A stretch of DNA of 62,802 nucleotides, counting the filler. It is 12 parts of 12 records of this genome, joined end to end, with 100 filler letters (N's around TTAATTAATTAA, not from the genome) between each part and the next. Parts side by side here need not be neighbours in the genome. Positions count along the whole stretch, not along the records: positions 33,123 to 36,551 come from SRR15195285_3533; positions 36,652 to 39,904 come from SRR15195285_3542; positions 40,005 to 46,405 come from SRR15195285_3549; positions 46,506 to 52,937 come from SRR15195285_3550; 8 more parts are not named here. One strand, written 5' to 3'. Numbering within the stretch: position 1 is the first letter of the stretch; the number at the start of each line of letters is the position of its first letter. Below the pieces are notes generated by a model. It saw only the letters and a list, made by a program, of their open reading frames with translations, had not been told where the DNA came from and searched no databases. Positions 34,268 to 47,069 of the stretch are shown in pieces. Made by a program: the position numbers and the translations under genes.

Positions 34268-36192
34268 TTACGCCTGCTTGGCCACGCGAACGAGCCACGC
34301 ACCCGCCGTCGAGACGGGTTCTTCCGCCAGCCAGACCACGCTCTCGTCTGGCGTTTGCAGATTGAAACCCGAGCCGATGCGCCAACTTGGAGACACTGTG
34401 CCGTTGGCTGGAGGGTACTTCGTACTCGGCTCCTTCGAGTCCCACCAAGTACACCAGATCGTCTTTGTGCATCGCGGGGTGAATCGATATACCTCGCGCG
34501 CAGGCATGCCGTTGCACTGGACTGACATTGCGGACATCAAGTAGGGCACCGCGAAGTCGTCGAGCCGGGTCAGATTTGTCTCAAGTGGTGTGAGAGCGCA
34601 CTCTGTAGTGCTGTGGGCCACAGCAGTCACATCTCCGAGCTCTTTCAGTGCGCGTGACAGCAGCGGCAGGCCGAGGCCTGTCGGCCGTTCCTCGCCCGGC
34701 TGCCACCAGAGAAACTCAGTGGTCGCAGTGGAGAGAGCCTGGTGGAAAACATGCTCTTCCCACATATTAATTTCGTCTGTGCTTACATTGCCGCTGCTCA
34801 GATAGCTATAGCCTTTCCCCCAGCTGGCAAACTTCGGCGCGAGCCACGGATGTAGTGGCACCTACACAATCCCAGGTTGCGTTTCGCAATTGATTAGTTG
34901 CGTCAGTGCAAACCAACGGATCTAGCAATGCGATGACACGATGTTTGGTATTGTTCGGAGCCGATACCGTTGGTGCTGACCTGACCATGTCCCTTGCGAT
35001 CGCTATCTCTTGAACCAGCGCGTCGAAGGATGTGCCAGCGCGCGAAAAGATCCGACCCTCTGGACCAGGAGTCTGGGATGACAGGACGCGTGTGGAATTG
35101 GTGCCGCCGTAGAAGCCTTTTGACTGGTGGCTGCGCAAACATACACACACAGAGTCCGTCAGTCCTTCAGTCCTGCAATCAGTCAGTCTGACAAACAGTA
35201 GGCATGAGCCCTTCAGTAACGCACGTGCCGACGTGCGCGCCCAGGCCAATGGCCGCCCGGCCGGCCCAGAGCTGTCCGTGGCTGGATGGTTGTACTCGGC
35301 CGCTTGGGTCTGTATGGTGCGCATGTGCGAAGTTCGAGAATCTAACGCGTGGGTAGTGCCTCTGAATCGGAGCGAACACGCTAGCGTTGAGGAGCTGCGC
35401 AACGTATCTGGTCGGAATGACCTCACTCCACACATGCATGTGCCAGTCGTGTGTGCTCCAGCCTCCCATGCCACTGACCGTCGCGTCATCGAAGCTCACC
35501 CCGTACGGCTCCCCCACGTCGTCGAGTTCTTTGCGCAGAGCTGGCCAGCGTGGATCCGCAAGCAGGGCCTTGGTTGGAGACGAGCCATCGGCTGTCGGCT
35601 GATGTGCCCAGTTGAAACTGGAAGAGTGGTCGCCCATCTCAAAATCTCCGAGGACTAAGTCTACCTCCGCACCCAACCGCTTCAGCTCTCCGAACCACCT
35701 GTCGAAGCGCGTCTTGATCGCGTTGGCGTACACATCAGCCCACGGTCCCTGAACATTCGCCGGACCAGGCAGTGTGTCCATGTAGTACATCGCGCTCTCG
35801 CCTTTGCCCATGCCACCCCAGTGCACTGCAGACGCGTTCGGATCCTGCAGGTAGTACATGGACGAGGAGCCCTCCAGGGTCAGGGCTCTCGCTCCGCTCG
35901 GGAGCGCGCTCAGCAGGTCCGCGACGTCGGCAGGCTTGGCGAAGCATGGGCCGAGTGGGTCGGCGTCAGCACTGGCCCCGGTAGGACAGCCGCGATGGAC
36001 CGACCGACCAGTGGTCCGGCAAGGGACGGCGCTGAACACATTGTCGCTCAGAGTGATGTTGCCAGTATCACAGCTAAACGCTCGATATGACTGGAAGTGA
36101 GCTGCTGCTGCACCACTGGACGATTCCACCGCCGGTGCAGCGCGGCCGCTGGCGACTAGAGGGACCGCAACTGCGATGAGGCGCAGCGCCAT
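34268..36192 (-). CDS. Secreted hypothetical protein (possible TIM-barrel hydrolase), multi-exon
   Basis: Signal peptide MALRLIAVAVPLVA. Two long coding blocks (35179-36192 and 34268-34861) separated by intron-like DNA. Confidence 0.65.
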
Positions 36193-36651
36193 GTAGACTA
36201 CTCAGACGCTCTGCAACGCGCGAAGCACTGCCGAATGCTGGCCGGCTAGAGCTGTCGCGATCTTTCTTCGTAGTGTCGCGAGTGTGCGACCGGCGGCGTT
36301 GGACCCGTTTTGTCGCGTTCGAGACCGTGACGCATGCTCCATGCAGGCTGCGCATGCGCGAGCGCGTGCGCAGCACGCGTCCCACTCACTCGTATATGCT
36401 ATATCGCTCCGCGTTCCCGGCGCGGCCCCCGCGCGCCATCCTCGCTGGCGCGGCACTGCATGCGTTCGTGAAGCACTCCGGTGGCTGGTGTGCCCAGCTT
36501 CGCGTTCGGAAGAAGAAAAGGAACTTCCACGCTGTTGGAACGATCGTAGAANNNNNNNNNNNNNNNNNNNNNNNNNNNNNNNNNNNNNNNNNNNNTTAAT
36601 TAATTAANNNNNNNNNNNNNNNNNNNNNNNNNNNNNNNNNNNNNNNNNNNN

Positions 36652-37664
36652 CCTTGCCACATTTGCTTCTAATGCAGCCAGCGATGCCGCCACTGCCTCG
36701 GTGCTTGAGGCACACGAGGCATCCAGCGTGCTCACGCTGGACACGATTCCTGCGAGCTCAGACCGCACAGCTTCAAGGGCTTGCTGCTGCTCTGCAAAAC
36801 ATCGATCGGTGGAGTCGGTTGCCGTACTTGCGCTGGACTTCGCCTCGGCCAATCCCTCCCGCACGGCAGCTAGCTGCCCCTCAAAAGAAGACAGACGATC
36901 GCCTGCTGCTTCGAGCTGGTTCAGACGACTCTTTGCAGTAGCCTGGCCTTCCTGCAGGGCCTGAATTACAGCGATGTCACCGGATGGTTCCGACGACGCG
37001 GTGGAGCACGCGGCGAGCTTGTCCTCCACGTCTGCTAGCCATGCTTCGAGACCCACAAATCTTTCCTCCAACGCCACCGATTTCGCGTCCATCTGCTGCA
37101 CCTTCGCCGTGAGCTGCTCTACCGCGGCCACGAGGAGACCGCCCCCAGGTCCAGGTTGCGGCGGCGACGGCGCAGCCAGCTGCTCCTCGACCGTGCGGAT
37201 GCACTTCACAGCCGCGGCCCGGATCATCAGCTTCGGCTTCTCGCCGTGCTTGGGGTCCGGAGGGGCTTGGAACTCCGTGTGGGCTTGCATCTCGGACAGC
37301 GTGCCCTTTCTCAGGTGCTCCGCGAAGCTGGGCCCACCTCTGCCAGCCAGCACCATGATCACGCGCAGAACCTTGAGCTTGACGGAGATACTCGGCTCCT
37401 GCAGGCGTTGGGCGAGCAGCGCGGCCAGATCGGCCTTGTCAGTCTCAGAGCCGCCTGATACAACGCTGCCGAGCGTGTCCAGCGCCTCCTTCGGCACTTG
37501 TTGCTCGTTGTCCGACGTGCTGCAATCGCAGTTGGACGCGAGAAAGCGTGAGCAAGGCACAGGCACAGGGCGCGACGGGGCACCACGCGCTGGGCATGCT
37601 TGGGAAGGCGCTGGCACGCGCACATCTCGATGACCAGCGCACGGTGGCCGCTCCCATCGGACAT
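36652..37664 (-). CDS. Tepsin-like ENTH/VHS-domain protein with coiled coil (3'-truncated)
   Basis: TSDNE...RLQEPSISVKLKVLRVI...GGPSF...FQAPPDPKHGE...IRAAA matches the tepsin-type ENTH domain. Short first exon MSDGSGHRALVIE. Confidence 0.75.
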
Positions 37665-38580
37665 CGAGCTCAGAGACACCAGCGCTCGCCTGCGCCTGTC
37701 TGCCTGTCGGCCTGGGCCGCCGGTCACGCAGCGTCTCGGATGCGCTCCTACCTAAGCGGCGTGTGCATCGCGTTCGTGGCCCAAGTTGGCGTGGGTACAA
37801 GATATCAAGTTGCCCCCCCAGCCCTCCCTCCAGAGCCTCGGCCCTCGCTCGTGACCCCCCAGTAGATCTATCGACTACATCGATACATGTATCCCGTTAT
37901 TGGACTTGTGCTTTTCCCCTTACCGGAAGGGGAAAAGAACAAATGAGAAATGACCAACACTTCGCGCCATCGCGCGCCGCAGTGGCTACATGTATGCACT
38001 ACGTAGCCTCCGCTGTGGTGGCTTGGGGGCTGTCTCTTGGTCCGGCGGGCTGAGCCTTTGCTGGCAACGCGTGTGGTACGGGTGGTGGTAGCGCCACCAC
38101 GCAGGCTACAAGAGGCGCAAATAGCTGTGTTGCCCTAGTCTGTGACCATATTCGTCGAATACGGTATAGCCCCGACGGCGAAGGTTGTTGGGGCGAGTGG
38201 TGGTACAACGAGTATCTTGGTTGCAGCAGCGACAGCTGGTGCGATTCGTCCGATATCGAGGTACGGCCGACAGGCTACACGGGTGCGACGGAGGAGTGGG
38301 AAGAACGTCGGGATAAATACGACGACCCTGACACCTGTGAGTGTATGTGTGATCATATCGACTGTGATAGCAAAGGTCTAGGGGTGCTTTTTAGTGTGGT
38401 GCTGTTAGTATTGTCCTGGGGATTGGCAAAGTGCATCTGCGAGTTTTGCCGCAGACAATGAATACATTGAACAACGCCGGTGCAGCACACAGCTCCCCCG
38501 TATTTCGTGGTCGTCGCAGCATGTAGCAAAGCCGTCTGCGCTCGCAGCATCGTCGCCCACAACCTCGGTCTCCACGTGAA

Positions 38581-39904
38581 CTATAACTCTATTCCGCAAA
38601 TAGCGTACATAAGATCCTTACCATCTTGGCCTGGATCGTGGTGAGAATCTCGATTTCTGCCGGCACTTCCATAAGAGTTGATGACTTGTACCGAGCCACG
38701 AGAAGGCCCCATGTGTGAGACGAGGTGATCCGGATGATCCCAGCCCAAAGTGTTTACCAGCCACCGCAGGTCCGGATATTCGCCGTTTCGCATAGCTGGA
38801 GGTAGCTCTACCGGTAAAATGGAACGTTGAGAGAGCTGGCTGTGCGTCGCGAGTGACGCTCCTGTGCACAGCTCGTCGTTGGATGGCTTGCAGCCAAGCG
38901 CAGGTGGCACTATCCCCACAGGTGGCCCAACAGTTCGCATACCTACTGCCATGCAAGCTTGCGTGTACTGCTCATGCGTTGGCATGCCATCAACGCACCC
39001 TGTGCAATCAGGTATGCCATCATACTCGTCGTGTTCAACCAGGACTGAAGCTAGCACAAACGGTCTATCCCCGGGGTAGTCTACATTCACGGTGGCCGGA
39101 CCATCTCTGTATACCCCACTATTCCAAAAGTCATGTACCCACCAGCTACCTGTCTTTGCGACCTGTCCACCTTCGCCCACTGAGACTGTGCCGACAACCT
39201 CAGAGTCGATAGTTGCCGTAACGACCCCAGGTAAGACCCCGACGAGTATAGGACTCGTTCCATCACCCGCAGTCGTGGTCACCCTATCAAAGGCAATGCT
39301 GCCAAGATTGAGGGACGGGGTTACAGCGATTCCCACGAGACGGTTGTCAGCAAGAGCGCCCCCTCGCACAACAAGCCTTGCGGAAAACTGCACGGATACC
39401 CACCCGAACGACACAGCATTAATGCTGTCAGCAATGGTGACAGTAGTTCCATTTGGAACAAGCAGACCAGTTCCAAAGACGCCGTCACCAATGACACAAT
39501 GCATCATCGCCAGCCTAGTTGCACCAGACTCTACGATTACTCTGCCATCGACTTCAACATATTCGAGCTGCAATGCCGCGAGCTGCTGCACAGCAAACCC
39601 ACCACTGCCCCACGCTGGGGCTTCTGCAAGAGATAGGAGGCCATTCAAATGCACGTCTTGCCCCAGCTCAATCACAATATCTGTGCGGATTCCCGCATCC
39701 GCCACAAGCGTCAATATGTAGCAGCCTGCTGCACCTGACGTCACGGCACTGAAGAAGCTTGCCGAATCTGATCCGAGATATCCACCTTCTGACGACGCTC
39801 CCGTCCAGGAGTACAGGTCGTGCGCCAAGTTGCAGCAGAATTTCGTGTCTGTGCCGTCGATTGTTGCAAGCAATTCGTAGCCATGGTGCTCCGCGTTGCA
39901 GGGT
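38581..39904 (-). CDS. Hypothetical beta-rich extracellular protein (5'-truncated)
   Basis: >430-codon ORF with amphipathic beta repeats and a Cys-containing C-terminal domain. Confidence 0.65.
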
Positions 39905-40115
39905 NNNNNNNNNNNNNNNNNNNNNNNNNNNNNNNNNNNNNNNNNNNNTTAATTAATTAANNNNNNNNNNNNNNNNNNNNNNNNNNNNNNNNNNNNNNNN
40001 NNNNGGACAGAAATGCCCCGTTCGCCCAGGATGCGGCTGCCAGCAATGGCGACGTCAGAGGCGCAATGACCCGGGTGCGCGGGTACGCGGCAGTACGGTT
40101 CCCTCGTCGCCAGTG

Positions 40116-43100
40116 ATGCTGGCCCAACTGCTGCGCTGCGCCTGCATTGCCGCCGCCGCCGCAGCCGCTATGGCGCCATCGGCAGCAGCGCCAGCACTCT
40201 GCACGTTCGAGGCAGGCACTGACTTCCAGCCAGGTGACATCGGCCAGCATCCCGCACAGACGCGCGAGGCCTGCTGTGAGCTCTGTGCTGCGGACCCGAA
40301 GTGCCACGCGGCGGCGTGGAACGGTCCGAGGTTCAAGACGTGCTACCTCAAAGATCAATATGCCCTGCCCACGCCATCGCAGGGTGCCACAGGCTGCATG
40401 CCAAAGAACAAGCCGCCGCCGCCACTGCCGCCGCACCCACCGCCACTACTCCCCAGCTCGGAAGACTCGTGCGTGGTGCTGACAGTGGGCGACCTGCGCC
40501 TGTGCGTGGGGTCGCGGTCCGGCCGCGTTCGCAACGCTACTTTGGGCGGGACGCCCGTGGAATTGAGCACATGGGCGGGCCCGATCGAATGCGCCACCGA
40601 CCCGCACGCCGCTGTTGCGAATGTCAGCGCCACGGAACAAGACGGAATCGTGGTGCGCCAGGTCTGTGCAGCCGCTGACGCTACAGCGTGCACCGCACCG
40701 CCACAGCCGGGCATGGGCATCGACGGCGGCGATTCCTACAACGTGCAGCTGCCTGGTGGCGCCAGCGTCGACTCCTGCAGCTCCCTATGCTGTAAGACCG
40801 CTGGGTGCACCGGCTGGGTCTACGTGCCGTCTGGGTCTGTTGAGAACGGAAACTGCAAGAACGTACGCCTCACACTCCGCGGCCACCTAGAGGCATTCAC
40901 GCTGTTCCGTATGCATGTAAACACGGCACTGTTTTCACAGATTGGTTGTGAGCGCAGACATCGGAGCCTTGCTGTTGGCTGAAGGATCAGCCCGGGGTGA
41001 TACCGACACCAAGTAGCCTCATGAATGTCTCGGCGGGAGTTGTTTCTGGCCGTGGGCTGCCACACGCTGTGACCGTCGAGCAGATGTTCACTGCCAATGC
41101 AGACGGCATCGTGCGGTGGGACCTTCAGTTCAAATCAAACAGTCCACGTCCGTTCGGCTCCGCATCACTTGGGTCGTGGCTGGCGCTGGGGGCTGGACGA
41201 GCCACATCCAGGCCGCTGCCTAAGACGACGACGATGTGGGCTCCGTACGGCGCCCAGGCAGCATTTTCACCAGCGGGGTACCTGGAGCCTTTTCCCATGC
41301 GGAATTTCTCGTGGTCATATGGCGTTCGTGGTGGAACCAATACTATTGGGATTCCTCTTGCTATGCTTGCACAGGACGCAACCACTGTGTCGCTGGCACT
41401 CTCTGCGAATGACACAATTGTGGACCTGGACCTCACCGCGATGCAAAGTGTCACGACCGGTGCGACTATCGGCTTTGGGCGTCTGCGGCACCGGATCGGT
41501 GGCGGGGTAACCATGCGGTCCACGCAGTACATCCGAGTGGCAAAAAAGGAGAACGTTGAAGTACCGGCTGACTGGCGCGCTCTTCTTGGCTGGTACGTCC
41601 GCAAGTACGAGAGTTTTTTTGTACCAGATGCGCGCTCGGGGGTCGAAAGTTTTTCAGGTGGCACGGCACAGTACTGCGATTTGCGACTCCAGAACTACAG
41701 CTCAGACCTCATCGAAAAGGTGGGGCTGACTGTCAACTGGGATGCTACATTTGCGTGGGACTGGTGGGGAAATTTCTTTCCGAATCAATCCACGTTTGAA
41801 CGATGCACGTGCGTGGGTCACCAGGATGGGGGAAGCGATGTGCGCTTTCCGTTTACGTGCTTCCAGAACGGCAGCCGTGCCGATGGCCTGACTCCCTCAG
41901 ATCCATCAGCGGTCTGCGAACAACTGAGCCACGAGCTGGTGGCGTCGTGGTACGCGCAGGCGCAGGCGAACGGTATCGCAACATTACTCTACCAAGATCC
42001 AAACGAATGGGGCGCACAAATCGTACCCGCAAATGTGAACATTTCGCGAGAGACCTGCAGCGACAACAATCACTCCACGTTTTGCACAGCCAACCGCCTC
42101 TTTCGCAAGGAGTTCGAGCCTGCTGCACTCGCCGGCAGTGGCGGCCCAGGCACCCTCCGCGTCCTGCCAGTTGGTTACATCACGCCTGGACTGATTCTAT
42201 TGGATGCATTGTACCTACCGTATCAAGACTGGATTGTAGATATGGCGAAACGAATGGTAGACGAGCTTCCGGTTGCGGGCATCGCCTGGGATCGATCCGA
42301 CCACACGACTCTGCTCAATGGGCGGCTTGACGATGGCATTGCATGGGATGCCACTACTGATAATGTGACAAGCTGGCTTGGATCCGGCTGGACCCAGGTC
42401 GTGGAGAGAGTCGCGGAGGTCTTCCACGCGGCAGGCAAAGCGATGGTGCACAATACGTACACGAATCGGATGGATTTCATGAAATTCATGGATGCAATCT
42501 ACGACGAGAACGGTGATCAATCGTGGCGGACTTCCACTGACGCAATTCTGGGTTTGAGCAAGCCAGTGTGGCTCTGGGATCACTGTGGCAGCCAGGAGCG
42601 AGACAAGAAGGTCCCTACATGTGGTCGTGATGCCGATGGAACTTATGCCTGGCTTGCGACGAGCTTCTTCTTCGGGGCACAGGCGACCACTCCTTACCCA
42701 CCGTGTGGTGACCACACGACCACGAGCACAAATATAGCGCCTGGGACGCTGCAGGTGTACAAAGACTTCGCGCCTTTCTGGCCACTGCTGCAGCACAAGA
42801 AATGGGTACTCGTTCCACGCGCGGTCGCAGTGAACGGTACATTGCAGCACACACGCTGTACACACCACATTTGTCTCGCCCATGCAGTCTGTTGAATCAA
42901 TCTCCTATTGCCTGCGACAGACAGCGATATCAGTGCGGCGAATATCTTCACACTGACTCCATCGGGTGAGGGTCTGGTGGTTCCGATTGTCAACGCCCAC
43001 AGGTTTGCAGCGCCATTCGTTGCTTGTTTGTGAACGACATGCTTTGACAGACATGCTTTTGGTGTGACGCAGCACTGGCGGCTGGGGCCAGCGTCGTGTG

Positions 43101-43499
43101 TTGAATGATACTATTACCATCTCAATCTCAACTACAGCGCTCGAGAAGAGCAAGCCGAAGTAAGCAACAGTCAAGCCGCTGTCTGCAGTTTTGTGCGCGT
43201 TTTTTGACACAATCATTGCACGCGATGGCAGCGGATGTGAAGTGCGATACCCGGGGGGGAGTGCGACTGCCGCTGTGAGTGTGCAAGCAATAGCTATTCT
43301 ATCAACATGTTCTGAAAATGCTTGTCAACAATCGTACTTCCAGGTAGGACGCCCAACGGCTGAAGCAGAGGGCCTCGCCACAAGGGCGTTCGAGGTACCA
43401 CTGCGTAGAGGCTTTGCTGTCTTGGTATGTCCGCCGCTGCTCCAGTCGACCACCGAGACCTTTGGAGGTACACTCACAACCGCAGGAGATCCCCCTTGA
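40116..43499 (+). CDS. Secreted protein with two PAN/Apple modules and a large glycoside-hydrolase-like domain, multi-exon
   Basis: Signal peptide. CTFEAGTDF..CCELCAADPKC..CYLK and a second CCxxxGC..CWLK module. 632-codon block with GIAWDRSDH. Confidence 0.72.
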
Positions 43500-43736
43500 A
43501 CAAGTTGTACACGGAGTTGTTTCAACACTCTGATGTATTCATACCCGATGCGCATCGGAGCCATAAGGCCCTTGCGACTGTAGGATCTTACCAAAACTGG
43601 TATTCCGGCAACGGCGCGAGAACCAAAAAGTCCCGAAAATAGGTCTTGACGGTGCACTAGCTCGCTATAGTCGACTCTAGGTGGCCTATGAGAGAGTGGC
43701 TTCACTTTCAAGAGTGTCGCGCAAGCTTTGTTCACA

Positions 43737-43832
43737 ATACAGCTGTACTGTTCATGGTATCGCTACCGTTTCTGTCTTTATACAGCTGCACTATTCATGG
43801 TACCGCTACCGTTTCTGTCTTTATACAGCTGT
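43737..43832. repeat. 43-bp tandem repeat, about 2.2 copies
   Basis: ATACAGCTG(T/C)ACT(G/A)TTCATGGTA(T/C)CGCTACCGTTTCTGTCTTT at 43737 and 43780, with a partial copy at 43823. Confidence 0.9.
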
Positions 43833-44122
43833 GCCTAAGGTAGGCAATTCAATGCAAATGTACAGTACCTGGTAGTAGATCTAAAGAGCGTAGGAATTCC
43901 TACCACAGTAATCATCCGAGTGTTGGCAACACACTCCTGCTGCCGTCGCTGGCTCGCCGGACGACGACGCCGCGCCACCTCTGCTATATTTCGATATTAG
44001 AATATGCGTGCTCGCGCGCTCGATCGCGCTCGCGGCCGCGGGTGCTGGACGACGGATCGCGCGGTATCGTAGCCATATATGCAGGCCCCCGGATGCCGGT
44101 TCGGGCGCGCACGTGCTACGGG

Positions 44123-45791
44123 ATGAACAGCGCGTGGTTTCTGCTGCTGGTGGTGCTGCTGCTGCCGTCGCGCGTGCAGGCCGACACCATTGACCGTGCG
44201 CCTGTTGTGCGGCGGCACACCGTGAGTTTCCAGCACGCTGGGCCCATCGATGGTCGCAGCACTAGCCACAACACACTGACGGTCGGCAACGGTGAGATGG
44301 GCTTCAGCGCCGACCTCACCGGTCTACAGTCGCTGAACAATTCGTACCATACGCCAGACTACCCACTCTACACGCTGTCCAACTGGGGGTGGCATGCACC
44401 CGATCCGGCGCTGGTGGGCGCTAAGGTGCCGATGTTTCGGCCAGACGGCACGCTCAACTACGTGTACGAAAACGTCACGATCAACAGCTCGGATACCCGT
44501 CCAGGCAAAGGCAATCGCACTGTGCCGTACCAATTCAACTGTGCCGACTACAATGACCCTGCGCTCTGCAACTACCAACACCAGTGGCCTGCGCGAGTTA
44601 ACCTCGGCCAGCTCAGCTTCGTCCTGCCAGGCCACCAACTGCCACCACCACCTGTGGTGGATAGCCTCAGCAGCACAGCTCCGAAGCCAGGCTGCCAGGC
44701 TGTGGGCACTTGGTGCAACTCGGCCCGAGTGACGAAAGATCACGCCAGAGGGTCTTACAGCTGCTCACAGAAGCTCGACGTGGTGGCCAATGCGAGCGCA
44801 GGCGACGGGTGCAACGCCTCAGCATCATGCAGCAAAGGTGGATGGCAGGGCCTGCCATTCTGTCAGATGCCAGGAGGTCAGATCGAAATGTACAATTTGC
44901 ACCCAGCCGTCCACAACGGCTACTTTGCAGACAGCTGCGACTTGATCAAGTGGAACAACAGCTTTGATCACTCGACCTGGTGTCGCTCTGGTACGCCCGC
45001 TTGTGTGCCACATTCGTCTCCGCCGGCACCGCCGAGCGACAACCAGCCCACAGGGGACTTCCGCTTCCTCGAGCTCTCTGAGATTTCTGAGGCCTAAGAC
45101 GAGGCGTGGGAAGAGGTTCGCATGAGCTTGGCGCCTCTTCCAATTACTACGGGCAACGCAGGTGGCATCCCGACCTATAATCGGCACCAAAACTGCCTCC
45201 CCTCAGTCTTTGCACCCAATACGCAGCACTGTAGAGGTGGAGAGTCGCACCCAGCGTTGAACGGCGCAATGGGATGCCTTCCTGGCGACCGCTATGGAGT
45301 TGACCGGACGATTATGAACAATACGCTGCACGAAACGCTCAAGGTATGGAAGTGGAGGCAAAGCTGGGGGTGGGATCAGCCGATGGTAGCGATGACTGCA
45401 ACACGCTTGGAGCAACCACAACTCGCTGTGGACACACTGTTGATGAACACTTCCACGAACGTATATCTGCCGACCGGCTACAATCATCCATCGGGTGAAG
45501 GGCAGACGTCAGCATGTGAGTGCCATGTGCCCGTGTCGGCAGCTCTACCGAGTGGAGATCTGTTTCAGGAGGGAATCCTCTAAGCGCTAGGACGCGTACT
45601 GATGGCTTTTTCTTGCCAATTCTGATTGATTGTGCTTGTTGCACATACATGTAGATTTGCCTGGGAACGGAGGAATTTTGATCGCCGTGGGACTAATGGC
45701 CGGTGGTTGGGAAAACGGCCCGAAGACTGAAGCCCCAGGGTTCCCTCCACAGTGGAAAGTCCGTGCGGAAGGGTTCACGCCGTACTTCTAA
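44123..45791 (+). pseudogene. Secreted six-hairpin (GH65/GH95-like) glycosidase, interrupted by an in-frame stop and an apparent internal deletion
   Basis: N-terminal IDR..VVRRH, LTVGNGEMGFSADLTGLQS, TLSNWGWH. C-terminal WGWDQPMVAMTATRL, LPGNGGIL.AVGLMAGGW, PGFP..W.V..EG. TAA at 45095-45097 lies between two in-frame halves. Confidence 0.7.
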
Positions 45792-46000
45792 CTACGGCCT
45801 ACGAGTATGCTGTTTCAGGGTCAATACGAACAACATTTTCAAAGCCGCCCCGTTTGCGAAACCACACGCGGTCCGCCCGAACCGTATCGCCACTGGTCCC
45901 ACCAACGCTTGCAAAATAGCCTCGTTCGCATCTCTCTGACGCTCTGAGAATTGAATTCTGACTAGCTCGAAGCAAGTCGAGTACCAGTACCGTACGCGGT

Positions 46001-46158
46001 CACAGGCTGGGGTGGAATCGTGCGGAGTATCTACAACTCACTGATAAATACCGTGCACCGCTTCCTGACCACCTCGAATCGCTGCATTTTTCTCGCGGAT
46101 TTCCAATAATTTGCATTGTTCTGACTTTGCTGAGGATTGAATCCTGACCCAGCCTGTT
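46001..46158. mobile_element. MITE-like element with (C)ACAGGCTGGG terminal inverted repeats
   Basis: ACAGGCTGGG at 46002-46011 and CCCAGCCTGT at 46148-46157. 46137-46157 is the exact reverse complement of 62752-62772. No target-site duplication seen. Confidence 0.5.
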
Positions 46159-46505
46159 CGTGAATTGGATCAGGAATTCCTATACTAGTAGTACCAGGAA
46201 TTCCTAGAGTAGAGAATGGATCTACTAGTACCGCGCCGCCGGTGCGAAGCTCTTTCCTGGCCTTGGTCATCGAGAGTCTCCCCGTGGTCAGACAGAGGGG
46301 TGGGTCGGATTCCGGGTTGGGAGCATAAAACACTCACTGCCGGTACTATCAATAGTACATTCTTTGCCTCTTGGCTTCTAATACATCCCGGCGCTTGATT
46401 GTACGNNNNNNNNNNNNNNNNNNNNNNNNNNNNNNNNNNNNNNNNNNNNTTAATTAATTAANNNNNNNNNNNNNNNNNNNNNNNNNNNNNNNNNNNNNNN
46501 NNNNN

Positions 46506-47058
46506 CCGGTCTGCAGATTTTAAACAGTATAAGACCTTTGCCTGGCTGCCGGATAAGGATTCCGGTGATGCAAACAATTTTTTTGCAAGGATGCGGAATA
46601 ATACCATGAACTATTTTACACATTGTATGGGAGAAAGAGGTTACAAAGTAAATACTGACAACCCGGATGTATTGTTGGAGCTAATTGTAAAAAGAAAAAC
46701 ACTCGAAAAGGCTAATCCTTCTGTTACAACGCCACTCAGCACAACAACAATAACAGAATATGGTAATCCATTTTTACATCCCCTAAATAATCCACTTAAA
46801 TACAATAAACCATTTACCTATAAATATTTTAACTACCCAAAAGAAAATACTGCCGTCAGGGAAACCTATATTAAAAATTCAATTACGCTAAATGTTATTG
46901 ACAGGGTGCAGGAAAAAATAGTATGGTCTGGAACGGCTAATGCAGATTTATATGATACAGCTTACCTGCAAATGAACCTTCACCCGGTAGTGTATGATAT
47001 GCTGGAACAATATCCTGTAAAACCATTTCGCAAGCATCGAAGTGAAACAAAAAATTAA
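46506..47058 (+). CDS. DUF4136-family lipoprotein, C-terminal part (N-terminus at 52795-52937)
   Basis: Joining through the terminal overlap gives 666 nt (221 aa) with lipobox LAGC, DFKQYKTFAW, and VIDR...IVWSG. Confidence 0.85.
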
Positions 47059-47069
47059 AAGCTGAAATA

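Noticed and set aside
43737-43832. Mini CRISPR array
   Set aside because: The units are adjacent with no unique spacers, there are no cas genes, and the context is eukaryotic.
46120-46160. tRNA or SINE 3' end suggested by TTGAATCCTG
   Set aside because: No cloverleaf, A-box or proper GTTCRA could be built. It is better explained as a repeat terminus.
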